Below, piece after piece: positions 1-10,290 of a stretch of 64,000 nucleotides of DNA. This stretch comes from Candidatus Latescibacterota bacterium (lineage in GTDB: Bacteria > Latescibacterota > CBDEFO01). The stretch's first letter is position 1; every line of letters begins with the position of its first letter. Location: contig CBDEFO010000008.1 in assembly GCA_965237525.1 (NCBI GenBank), positions 1-64,000 of the forward strand. The letters run 5' to 3'. Below the pieces are notes generated by a model. It had not been told where the DNA came from. It ran no database searches and saw nothing but the letters and a program-made list of their open reading frames with translations. Made by a program: the position numbers and the translations under genes.

Positions 1-2472
1 TGCTTGACCTGACGAGGCGAAAGGTCGAGCTGTTCCCGCTCGCCGAGTATCGATTCCCATGCCAAGTATAGCCGGACCGCCTCATCGAGATCCTGCAGCC
101 TCGTCTTGGTCCGCGGCCAGAAACACGAGTGTGTTGCGACAAATCCTCGGCGAGCTACCCCTCGATTCCAGGATGGCTTGCGCCGCGGTCTCTGCGGGAT
201 TTCCCTTCTCTTTGCTGTAGGGCGTGTCGGTTCCGAGCACCACGAGTCGTGCATCGAGCTCATCCGGAACATCCTGCCCGGACTGCGGGAGAGGATGAAC
301 TCGATTGAAGTCACCCGTGTTGCGGAGATCGGATCGGAGTCGCGAACCGATCTCCTGCACAACCTTGTCGGGGTCGCGCTTCAACTGCTCGGCGCGATCC
401 TCCGCCAGCTTCGTGACGGTTGGCTGCGTGGAGTACCAGTAACGAGGCCCATCCTGGTAGAGGTACGTTGCCGCACCGGCCAGACGTCGCAGCGCATCGC
501 CGAAAACCCGCCGGAGACTCCCCCGGCATGACACAGCCGAGTTTGACGCGACGGTCCTCGAGACCTCGATGCGCCGCATCGGCAGTGGGTGCGGATCCGA
601 GATAAATCGCTCGCGCAACGCGTCTGGAAGCGTGGAACTTTCCGAGGTTTCGGAACCGCGCCGTCAATCCGTAGCGGCAGCGAGCCGGGCCCGTCCACAT
701 CTTTCTCGATCACCGGCACCCAGTTGTCGGGGAGATACCGGGTCAAACTCGAACTGTACGCGTGGATCGTCGATCGCTATGTTCGCTGGTAGAATCAGCG
801 GATTCCTGTCGCCTTTCTCCCACAGGCTGTGAATCACGGCCGCCATCAACCGCAACACTCCACGCGTGCGCTGGAACTTCACCAGAGTCGACCAATCCGT
901 GTACAGCCGATCGAAGATCTCGGGGTGTATCGGATAGGCCGCCTTGATCCGCTTCTCATAGTCAGCGTCCCGGCACTCAGGCGGGAACTCTTGATGCTGT
1001 GTCCGATAGAGCTCGGCAAATGCGCGGGCGGCCACATCCCTGTCCTTGAATTGGACAGGATCTGTGAACGGCTCGAAAAGCCGCCGCCGCACAATCTCGA
1101 AGCTTTCCTCGGCACTGGCTGGCCGCCAGGACGATTCGATACGCCCGACGACGTTCCGCAGCCGATCGAGCGCCTCCCGACCGCGTTGCCCACCGACCTC
1201 GACAGCATCAGCCTGGGCGTGGGGGGAACCAGCCGTGTCCGAGGCCGGCAAGCTGATCACGAGTAGGCAGTTGTTGGCGAGTTTAGCCGATTCCGTGAGC
1301 ACCTGGGCAAAACTGAACTGGGTCTCGAAGCCTCCGGCGGGTAGGTCGCTCTGGTCATGCAGCTGGCGGGCGTAGGCAACCCACTCATCGATGAGAACCA
1401 GGCAGGGACCATATTCATTGAAGAGTTCCCGCAGTGCATCGCCTGGACTCGTCGCCTTTTCGTCGTCGGCCGCAACCCGCGCGAACGCCTTCTTGCCGCC
1501 CAGTTGCCATGCCAGCTCGCCCCAGAGTGTTCGGACGATCGTGCCATCCGGTTTGGTGACCGGGTTCCCCGGGGAGATCTTGTTTCCAACCAATACAACT
1601 CGGCGCACCGGCGCAAGCTCCGTTGCCTCCGCCTCCTGCAAAACGGAGTCGATCCCGTCCAGTTCCCCGGAGGCTGTCCCGGAGTACAGGTGATACAGGG
1701 CAAGCATGGAGTGGGTCTTGCCGCCGCCGAAGTTCGTCTGGAGCTGAACGACGGGATCACCTCCTTTGCCTTGGAGACGGTGGACGGCCCCAACCAACAG
1801 CCCCTTCAGGCTTTCCGTCAGATACGTTCGCCGAAAGAACTCGACGGGGTCTCGATACTCGTCTGCCCCTTCACCCAGGTGCACCTGCCAGAGATCGGCG
1901 GCGAACTCGGCTTGTTGGTATTGCCCGCTCGCGACGTCCCTGTGAGGGGTGACGATTTCCCGCCAGGGCTTCAGGCTGGCCGCGGCGGCACTTTCAATCG
2001 CCGTTCCCGCCTGCTTGCGCCGCTCCCCCCGCATCTCTTCGTCGTAGCGCACCCGCTGCAGCTCCCGCTTGCGCTTCTCGAGCTCTTCTGACTGCGGCGC
2101 GGATACCGCGGCAAGGAGCCGGCCCACCGAATCCAGGGCTCGATAGGCGTCATCGCTGGAGAAACTCTCCTGGTGCGCCCACTTGTTGCGGTAGTCGCGC
2201 AACTCGCTGACAAGACGCCGCTCCGCCGGTCCCAGAATCTCTCGAAAGACGTCGTGCCAGGTGTCCCCCATCAGCTTGAGCAGTCCGGCCACGTCCTGCT
2301 CGGGGACAGGCTTGTTCCCCAACACACGATCTTCCCCGTAGCCACGCAACTGATGGGCGTCCAATTTTCGCGACTCCAAGGCGCCCTTGATCTCGCGTTC
2401 GACAAACGGGGCCAGACCCGCTTTGAGCAGATCAAGTGCCTTGCCGACCCGTTCGTGATTCGTTATCGCCAT
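1..2472 (-). CDS. Swt1-like HEPN + DUF499 AAA+ ATPase, frameshifted, runs off the window start
   Basis: N-terminal RNKWAH (RxxxxH HEPN), Walker A QTNFGGGKTH, Walker B LVLIDEW, FQRTRGVLR. The protein continues through frames 381..746, 311..700 and 82..618 (LTRYLPDNW..., RRVARAIYLGSAP..., FGDALRRL...YWYSTQP). The first shift is an extra T in a TTT run near 747. Confidence 0.85.
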
Positions 2473-2475
2473 ACG

Positions 2476-4611
2476 CTACTCCTGAGTCTCGTGAGGGGCT
2501 TCAGGGTTTGGTATTGCAGCCTCTGGTTCAGGAGATGAACCCCAGAGCTTAGAAATCTTTGACCAGTCAATTCCGCATTCTTTGGTCCCAGTCCAGGCAT
2601 CCCAAAAAGCCGGATCTGGCGAATGCGGGCGGTGGGCATCCGGGAGCTCCTGCACCTCCACAAGAAGCGGTGCCGGCGCTCCCCAGCCGAGAAGAATAGC
2701 CCGTCTAGAAGGGAGACTAGGCAGTTCGCGAAGGAGATCACCCAATCCATCCGGCACGAGCCGTTTCACCAAGTCTTGGTCTCGATCGTTGACGATGCGG
2801 TGCAACAGGAACGTGTTGCATTGGGAGAGAACGGTCGGCGATATTTCTGACGGGCGTTGAGAAGCCAGCACCAATCCGAGCCCGAATTTCCTTCCCTCCC
2901 GCGCAATTCGCTCAAACATCCGACAGCATGTTCTCCCGGCAGCCGCGGCCGTCTCGGATGTAAGCTCCCGGTGCACAAATGTGTGGGCCTCATCAAGCAC
3001 CAACACTGTGGGAAGTTCCGAGCCCGTTAACCTTCTGTGGCGTTGAACTGCTTCGAAGACCATGCGCGCTAACACGGCCACTACGACATGTACGGCCTCG
3101 GACGGGACAAGCGAGAGGTCCAGCACAGCTAGCGGACCGTTCGCAGCCTGGTCGGCGCCGACGTGATCCTTGAGCCACTCCTCCAGCGACGACGACGCTG
3201 CGTGACCAGGATCTGCGATTGACGCGAGAGGACCAGCCGCAAATAGGCCTCGAATTCTGAGGTTCAACGAGTCAACAGATGGGGAGACATCGCGTCCTGT
3301 AGCATCCGCGGCGAGTGCCTCCACGAACCCAGGCAGTTCCTGGACAGGGAAGAACTTCGGGGTATCCTCTCCGGAAATGAAGTCCTCATCGGACAGTCCC
3401 GCTTGCTGCGCCACTGCTTCCAGAGCTTGCTGAACTTTCCCAAGACTTACTTCCGCAAAGTCGTTGTGCCAAAAGCCTCCGTCTTGCTTTTCCTTGCCTC
3501 TTGCAGCTTCTTCAAGATTGCGCGAACAGTCGACGACTGTCTGTAGTAGATTCATATATAACGGGTCCTCGGAATCCCCAGCAAGTTCTTCGAAATCGGA
3601 CGCCAGATTGATCAACAGCTGAGCAACACCCTCTCGTAGTCCAGGTTGCAGGTGGTCGCCACTCTTAATTCTTAGCGACAGCGCAGTGCGATATCGACTT
3701 ACTCGTCCGCGAACCCGCGTTGCAAAGGCATCCGGTTCACCAGCGCCAGACCTTAGTCTTCGGATCGCGTCAAACAGGATCGGTCGTTGCACCCCCGGCG
3801 CAGCGCCGGTAAACGCAGACCATTCCTCTCCATTCCAAAGCCAAGCCGGTACCTTGAGTGCGCTTGCGGAGCCACTGCCCTCCACCTGAAATACACGTGG
3901 ACTAAGATCGCTGAATGCCCGAGCATACTCACCATTGGGGTCCAGAATGATGAATCTGGCATTCGGATCGCCGTTCTTACGTGCCTCTCGTGCGGCTTTG
4001 AGCGACCATCGAACCAATCCTGCTACCGTACAGGATTTTCCCGCCCCGGTATTGCCTAGCACGGCTAGGTGCCGGCCGAACAGCTTGTCCGGATCGACGT
4101 GGACGGGCGCGCCTCCCGCTGTCGGGCATACTCCAATCTGGATACGTCCACCGACATCGCCGCTCTCACCCTCAACCAGTGCGCGTAGCTGGACATCTGT
4201 CGGAAGCAACACGGGGTCACCTACCGACGGAAAAACATCAACCCCCCTTCGCACTTTGAATCCCAGGTCGTACGGCTCGCCTCGACACGTTGAAGTGAGT
4301 GTGCCGAGCGGCGTCAGCGTCACCAGCCGTGCTGGGAACGGCAAATCGATGAGGCCGAAGTCCTGCATCCCCTTGCGTTTCGGATATGGCAGTCGCTCGA
4401 CGCGCACTGAGGTGATTACACCAACGGTCGCGCCCGATTCGTTGGGAACCAATAGGTATCCGTTGATTCTTGGAAAGCCCGTTGGTGTCCCGGTGTTCAA
4501 CGCAGTGGCTTGTGGCGCGGAAGGGTCTACGAGTACGCTAATGGCGTTCGCGTTAACGCTCTCCACGACGCCGATGGCACGATCTCCTAGAACCTCGACG
4601 AGTGATCTCAT
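2476..4611 (-). CDS. herA: HerA/DUF87 ATPase (Sir2-HerA anti-phage system)
   Basis: N-terminal HAS-barrel-like region, HLAVLGNTGAGKS, LVLDEAH, IAREGRKFG, ASQRPSE. ATGA overlap with the upstream Sir2 gene. Confidence 0.9.
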   Translation of the reverse strand: MRSLVEVLGDRAIGVVESVNANAISVLVDPSAPQATALNTGTPTGFPRINGYLLVPNESGATVGVITSVRVERLPYPKRKGMQDFGLIDLPFPARLVTLTPLGTLTSTCRGEPYDLGFKVRRGVDVFPSVGDPVLLPTDVQLRALVEGESGDVGGRIQIGVCPTAGGAPVHVDPDKLFGRHLAVLGNTGAGKSCTVAGLVRWSLKAAREARKNGDPNARFIILDPNGEYARAFSDLSPRVFQVEGSGSASALKVPAWLWNGEEWSAFTGAAPGVQRPILFDAIRRLRSGAGEPDAFATRVRGRVSRYRTALSLRIKSGDHLQPGLREGVAQLLINLASDFEELAGDSEDPLYMNLLQTVVDCSRNLEEAARGKEKQDGGFWHNDFAEVSLGKVQQALEAVAQQAGLSDEDFISGEDTPKFFPVQELPGFVEALAADATGRDVSPSVDSLNLRIRGLFAAGPLASIADPGHAASSSLEEWLKDHVGADQAANGPLAVLDLSLVPSEAVHVVVAVLARMVFEAVQRHRRLTGSELPTVLVLDEAHTFVHRELTSETAAAAGRTCCRMFERIAREGRKFGLGLVLASQRPSEISPTVLSQCNTFLLHRIVNDRDQDLVKRLVPDGLGDLLRELPSLPSRRAILLGWGAPAPLLVEVQELPDAHRPHSPDPAFWDAWTGTKECGIDWSKISKLWGSSPEPEAAIPNPEAPHETQE

Positions 4612-5984
4612 ATGAGTGCGTCCCCCGGTGTAGCAGGTTGTGCGTCATCCTTGCCGTCTGATGACACTCTCGGATTTCGCCTATTAAGTAGCTCCACCAT
4701 CTTCCAGGTCGTACGGTCAATCGCCGGTTTAGGCAGATAGCGATCGACAAGCGTCGTGAGGTCACCGAAGTGTGGGCCGATGAGAAGCGTGGTTTGTTCG
4801 TTGCGTCCAACGCGGTCGCAGAATCCGGGGATCCTTCCTCCTGCGTCGTCAAATGAAAGGATGGCCAGGTGTGTCGACGGGATCGTCAGCATATCCCGCA
4901 GGATCCGATTGATGTGATCGTCACCGAATCCATATCCGTATGTCACAAGAACCGCGTTCGGCTGGCAGACGGCCGCTGCGAAATCCCGGAACAATTCCGC
5001 ATAGGGGTATTCAAGTGTTTCGACATCTTTCGCCGGATTCGGGTAGATCATGAATCCGTCAGTTGCACCCTTGGGCACTTCCGAATGGTCTTGTGCAGCA
5101 CCAAACGGAAGCGCCTTACGCACTATTCGGTCGTTCTGTCCTGCTTCACCGACTTGGCACCAGTCGATAGACCCATGAAGCTTTGTCAGACGAACCACAC
5201 CCTCAAGGTATCTGGGCTCCCCGCGGATGCCAGGCGGGTTGTAGTGCATGTCTATCCCAAGACGGGAAGCGCGGAACACAGGCTCGAGTTCCCCGACGAA
5301 TCGATCGATTACCCTCAACCCAAGGAGATCTGATCCAAATTCGACTAGACGATCGTAGTTTGTAGTGAAGATATGTAGTCTCTCTCTCGTCGCAGTACGG
5401 CTGGCGAAGGTCAGTAGGAAAGATCCAAGGAGGCGTCGCGCCCCTTGCGCGGCCGCGGTGTTTCCCTCAACCATCGAGCGTATCCCGGCCTCGGTCTCCA
5501 ACACCTGGCCAAGGAACGACACGAGCTTCCTCTCCAACGCCTTGGCCCAGACTTCATGCAGGGACCTGGCCTTCTTGACAAAATCATCATCACCCTTCTC
5601 CTCAGTCGAAAACACCGCAAGACCTTGGATCAACTCACGCGCCGCACGAATTGCATCTTCGATGTTTGGTTTCTCGCGCCCGCTCACTTTCGCACTCTTG
5701 GCCGCTGCCGCCAGGACGGCTTCGCTATATTCACCCTCCAATCCGTCCACGGACATATCAATTGCGGGTACGCACGTGTGATGAGCAATTGCAGTTGTTA
5801 GGCCGCCCCCAACCAGGAGATTGAGATGCTCTGCCTGAAGCAGTGCCGCAAGCCACGGCTCAATACGCTCCCGGTGCTGATTGACCCCGTCTTCATCTAG
5901 CTCTCCGGATTTGTAGAACTCATAGGAGCCAGCTCTTACCTTGTGGCAACTCCATTGCGTGGCGGCAACTTCTTCGCATGTCAT
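4608..5984 (-). CDS. SIR2-like (SIR2_2) NADase partner of HerA
   Basis: LLVGGGLT, IFTTNYD, KLHGSIDW and GYGFGDDHIN motifs; directly upstream of herA. Confidence 0.88.
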   Translation of the reverse strand: MTCEEVAATQWSCHKVRAGSYEFYKSGELDEDGVNQHRERIEPWLAALLQAEHLNLLVGGGLTTAIAHHTCVPAIDMSVDGLEGEYSEAVLAAAAKSAKVSGREKPNIEDAIRAARELIQGLAVFSTEEKGDDDFVKKARSLHEVWAKALERKLVSFLGQVLETEAGIRSMVEGNTAAAQGARRLLGSFLLTFASRTATRERLHIFTTNYDRLVEFGSDLLGLRVIDRFVGELEPVFRASRLGIDMHYNPPGIRGEPRYLEGVVRLTKLHGSIDWCQVGEAGQNDRIVRKALPFGAAQDHSEVPKGATDGFMIYPNPAKDVETLEYPYAELFRDFAAAVCQPNAVLVTYGYGFGDDHINRILRDMLTIPSTHLAILSFDDAGGRIPGFCDRVGRNEQTTLLIGPHFGDLTTLVDRYLPKPAIDRTTWKMVELLNRRNPRVSSDGKDDAQPATPGDALI

Positions 5985-5986
5985 AT

Positions 5987-8900
5987 TCAGTTCTCCCCAG
6001 CCTCAAACAGGGTAGTCTGTTCAGCTTCGGCCTTCTGTTCTTCTCGCGCCAAGCGCATGATCTCGGGCCAGCTCTGCACCAGGCTGTTGTAGGAGAGCGC
6101 CGCCGCGGGGCGTTTTTTTCGCTCGCATAGTGTGTACAGGCGGTAGCACAACTCGCGAGCCGCCTCGGCCTTGGCGTTGAGTTGGGCAGCGATCTCGGCC
6201 GCGGCGTTCTCGCCGCCGGCCTCCAGCGCTCGTACGAAGTGATGCACCATCTCCCAGGCGGTCAGCCGCGGGTCGGTCTTTGGGTCCCAGTCTGGAGGCA
6301 GTTCCTCGGGCCGCAGCAGTCGGACCTTCCCCGCTCTTGAGGTCAAAATCCCCGCCTCCACCATGCCCGTAACGCTCGTGTTCTTGGCCTTGGAGAGTGT
6401 TTCGGCGATGCCGTATTCGCCTTCGTCGAAGCCGGACTGCTCGAACCAGGCGAGCGCCCAGCGGCTGTCGGCGTCGAAGTCCCCTTCCTGCTCAGCCAAC
6501 GCCTCATCAAGCGTCTGGTTGATGAGTGCTAATGCTTCGCGCACCGAGAGGGCGTTGCCTTCGGCGTCGAGGACTCTCCCGTAGCGGGTGTAGATCGCCA
6601 TGCCCGGGCCGATGGCCGCCTGCGCCAGGTCAACCGGCGCGATGTTGCCGCGCTGCAGGTGAGCCAGGGCCACCGGCAATTCAGATTTGAGGGCCGCAAC
6701 GAACTCGCGGCGGGTAGCCATCGGCGCGTCCGCAGGGCGCTGGCGGCAGACGAGGACGATACTGGAGGCGAGGGCGTTGGCCTTCTGATTGCGTTTTCGG
6801 TTTTCGCGCTCCGTGCGCACCGGCCAAGTGCCGGTAATCGAAAAGCCAGCATCAATCACGGCTTCGAGAAATGTTTCCCAGCCTGTACTAGATATGTCCG
6901 TGTCAGCTTTGTTCTCCGATTGCTTGAACGCGTAGTAGATGGTCACAGGCAAGAACGGATGTGCGCAATCGGCGAGTCGACGCATCGAGTGTGTCATCCC
7001 CGTGAGAAAGAACTGTTCGGCGGCCTCCTTGCCCCCGTGACGACTTGGCGTAGCTACGAGTTCCTCTACCTTTGGCACAGCGAGCGTCGCAAATAGTTCA
7101 GGAAAGACTTCCCGCAATGAAGGGCGCAACCAGACGTAGAAGAAGTCGGATAGATCACCATAGCCGATGTTGTCGTAGTACGGCGGGTCGGTAGAGACAA
7201 CTTTGTTCAAGCTGATCGACTGAACAGCGGCATCGGATTGACACACCTTTCCTATTGAATCGTGAATTGCTCCGTTCGAAAGTAGACCCGCCACGGTATT
7301 CTTGACCATGCTCTCAAAGGAACCACTCGGACCGCTCAACGTGTTCGCTTCTGCATAGTCCCATAACATCGGAAGCGCCTGTCGTCCGAATGTGTGTCCG
7401 GGGCATTCGACCGCAACCTGGAATGCACAGAGCGTACTTGCGCGGTTGGCCGACTTGCTTACTGCGAATCCCAGGTACAATGTCACCGCCTCGGCATACG
7501 CCGTGGCTCCGGTGCCCCCATCACGTAGCACCCGGCCATCGGCAGGCAACCCTGCGGCGATAGCGTCCTGCCGCACGCGGTGGCGCGCTTCGGTCACGAG
7601 ATCGGAGAAGGTCGTCAGCGCCACGAGCTGGCGAGGGGTGAACAGGTCGCCCCAGTTGCTCATGCCGTACTCCTGGATCCGGAATCCTAGCGCCTTGGCC
7701 GGTAATTTCGCTTCTGGTGTATCATGCGGCTTCGCGCTAAGCGCGACGGCTTCCATTTCCGGCGTCGGCGACAGATACACCCGGCCGCGATCACCCTCGG
7801 CAACAACCGCCATGAGCCGCGCGCCCATGCGCCCTGCTCGGCCCCTCAGCCTTAATGTAATCTCCAGTAACCGGCGTCTCCGACATCACACACTGGAAGT
7901 TCGCACCCCGAGAAAGCTTGGTGCCGGCCTGGGCCGCCGCCGCATCCGGTGGTGCGCCTATCTTCACCGTGAACCGGTAGCCGCCGTCCTCGATCACCGG
8001 CTCAACGTACGCTTCCTTGCCCTTTTTGGTCGAGAGCATGAAGGTGGCGGCGAGCGGCACCTCGACATCGGCAAACGCGGGGTTGGGGCTTTTCACCGTG
8101 CGCGCCCAGAGCCAGGCGATGACGGTGAGTTCGCGGTCCAGGTAGGGTTTCAGATCGGGCCGATTCTTCGCCATCTCGGCGGTGACTGTGACCTTTGGAT
8201 ACAGGTGCCCGATACGTTTCTCTGCCTGGTCGCGCATCCACTGCCCGTAGTAGCGCACGTCCTCGGCGAGCCCCTGTGCCCCCGTCCAGTCGCGCTCGAT
8301 CAGGCTCTTTTCCTGGCGGGTCGCCGGATTGACCGGCGCCTGCCCGGCAAACTTCGGCGGGATCTCGATCATGGCCTTGTTGATCAACACCGCCACCGGG
8401 TTCAGGTCGCTGGCATGGGCTTCCAGCCCCAGCCGCTGCGCCTCCAGCGGGAGCGCTCCTCCGCCCGCAAACGGATCGTGAAAGGCCGGGAGCTTGTGAC
8501 GATCGAAAATCTCCGTGGCTCTCGGATGTGCCGCATTCTCCGCGCACGCCCGCCGCCAACTCTGCCAGATCTCCCGCCGCGCCCGTTCGAGCACTTCTTC
8601 GTTCGTGGTGTTTTCCCAAAGAACCAATTCTTCCATAATTGCGAATAGCCGGTCGCGCTCCTGCTCGGCCACCACTTCCTCAAGCGTGAGCTCCGGCTCC
8701 GGAATGGCATCGTCATCCTCCAGGACCGGCTTCGCCGCATATCCCGCAACGCGCTTCTTGGGCTCTGACTCTGCAGCCCTCCTTTTCTTCGTGTCCGACA
8801 GCAGCTCGTCCACATACCCGGACGGATCATCCACCATCTGGGCGAAAATCACCGCCCGCGCCGCTGCCAGCGGTCGACGCGCCCACCAAAGGTGTAGCGT

Positions 8901-8999
8901 GCTGGGATGTCCGTGGCGAATGGACTTCTCCCTGGCTGAGGCCTTGTTGATGGCATCCAGCGGCAAGGCGACTTCAATGAGTTTCTTCATGTGGGTCAC
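5987..8999 (-). CDS. DUF1156 amino-DNA methyltransferase, split by one frameshift near 7845
   Basis: [10 protein letters not shown]...[10 protein letters not shown]-terminus, motif I DPFAGGG, motif [10 protein letters not shown]. ORFs 7791..9017 and 5987..7828 join if one G is removed from a GGGG run. A GTG start overlaps the upstream TGA. Confidence 0.88.
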
Positions 9000-10279
9000 G
9001 ATCTCGCTTCCTTCCACAGGCGTACCAGGAAACGATCATCCTCTTCGATGAGGTCCGGCTCGGTGCCGTTGTGCGCGCGCATCCCAGCAATGATTTTGCG
9101 CGGCACTCCGAGGCCGGTGGCTTCGATGTAGCGGTAGTCGCGCAGCACCTCCTTGATCAGCTCGTTGCGCGAGGCGCGGTATCCGGCCCGCATCTTGTCG
9201 ACGGTGACCGTGTTCGGGAGGCGCCCGGGAGAGATGATCTCGATCCGGTCCATGTAGATGGAAAGCTCGATGTCGGTCACGGTGATGGTGTAGTCGCGGT
9301 GCGCGACCGCGTTGACCAGCGCTTCGCGCACGGCTTCGAGCGGGTAGTCCCAGCGCTCCAGGCGCCGCCCACCGTTCTCGATCCAGGCGGTCACTTCGAT
9401 GTTGCGGCGCACGAAGTCGAGGGCTTGCTCGATGACGCCCGCTTCAACGGCGTTGCCAGCCTCCGAAAAAGTGCGTGGAAGGGAGTAAAGCGGTTGCCCG
9501 GGATCGTCCGACAGGGCTGGAAACAGGGACACTGCGGGACCTCGCAGCGTCGCCCGGGACTTCGCGTCATAGTCCTTCTTGGTGCCGGAGTAGGCCACTG
9601 TGCTGATTCCGGCCTGGGGGAGGAAGCGGTTTGGCTTCAGGCCGAAGAGCAGCAGCCCGCCCGCGCTCGGCATCGGTCGGGCCTCGGCCATCAACTCGGT
9701 GTTGACCAGCAGGTGCAGCCAGGACTCGAGGTCCGTGTCCTCTGGAGCCCCCTGCTGGCGCAAGTCACGGAAGTAGTTCACCAGGCGTCGCAAGTCGAGG
9801 TCGTCGAACGTCGCGCCGGAAACTGGCTTGCGGTCGTACCGTAGGTGCCCGGACTGCATGTAGAGACGCGCTTCCTCTGGGTCCGTCGCATCGCGGGTGG
9901 TCGTGCCCACCCGAACCTGCGTCACCCACGCCGATCCGCGCTTGGCCTTGTAGGGTTTGTCCGGCGCGTCGGCGGGGAGCGAGATGACTCCGACGACGTT
10001 TCCGTCGTCCAGCTCCAGGGTCTCCCAGAACGGAATGGCCGCGGGGCGAAGGTGCACACGCGCGACCTCCATGATCCATTCCTCGACTTGCTTCGGTGCG
10101 CGGGCCAAACCCGTAACGTTACCGTCGTCTTCAACGCCGAGGAGGAGATGCCCTCCCTCTAGGTTCAGCAGCGCCGCCAACTCCTTGGCGAGTCGCTCAG
10201 GGACGACATCGTCACGCTTGAACTCGACGCCCGAGTTCTCGCCGTTGCGGATCAGCTCTTCCAGGTCGGTTCGGTTCAT
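8996..10279 (-). CDS. Schlafen/AlbA_2 domain + HATPase_c_4 (RecG C-terminal-like) protein
   Basis: [56 protein letters not shown]. Confidence 0.85.
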   Translation of the reverse strand: MNRTDLEELIRNGENSGVEFKRDDVVPERLAKELAALLNLEGGHLLLGVEDDGNVTGLARAPKQVEEWIMEVARVHLRPAAIPFWETLELDDGNVVGVISLPADAPDKPYKAKRGSAWVTQVRVGTTTRDATDPEEARLYMQSGHLRYDRKPVSGATFDDLDLRRLVNYFRDLRQQGAPEDTDLESWLHLLVNTELMAEARPMPSAGGLLLFGLKPNRFLPQAGISTVAYSGTKKDYDAKSRATLRGPAVSLFPALSDDPGQPLYSLPRTFSEAGNAVEAGVIEQALDFVRRNIEVTAWIENGGRRLERWDYPLEAVREALVNAVAHRDYTITVTDIELSIYMDRIEIISPGRLPNTVTVDKMRAGYRASRNELIKEVLRDYRYIEATGLGVPRKIIAGMRAHNGTEPDLIEEDDRFLVRLWKEARS

Positions 10280-10290
10280 CGCACTGCTCC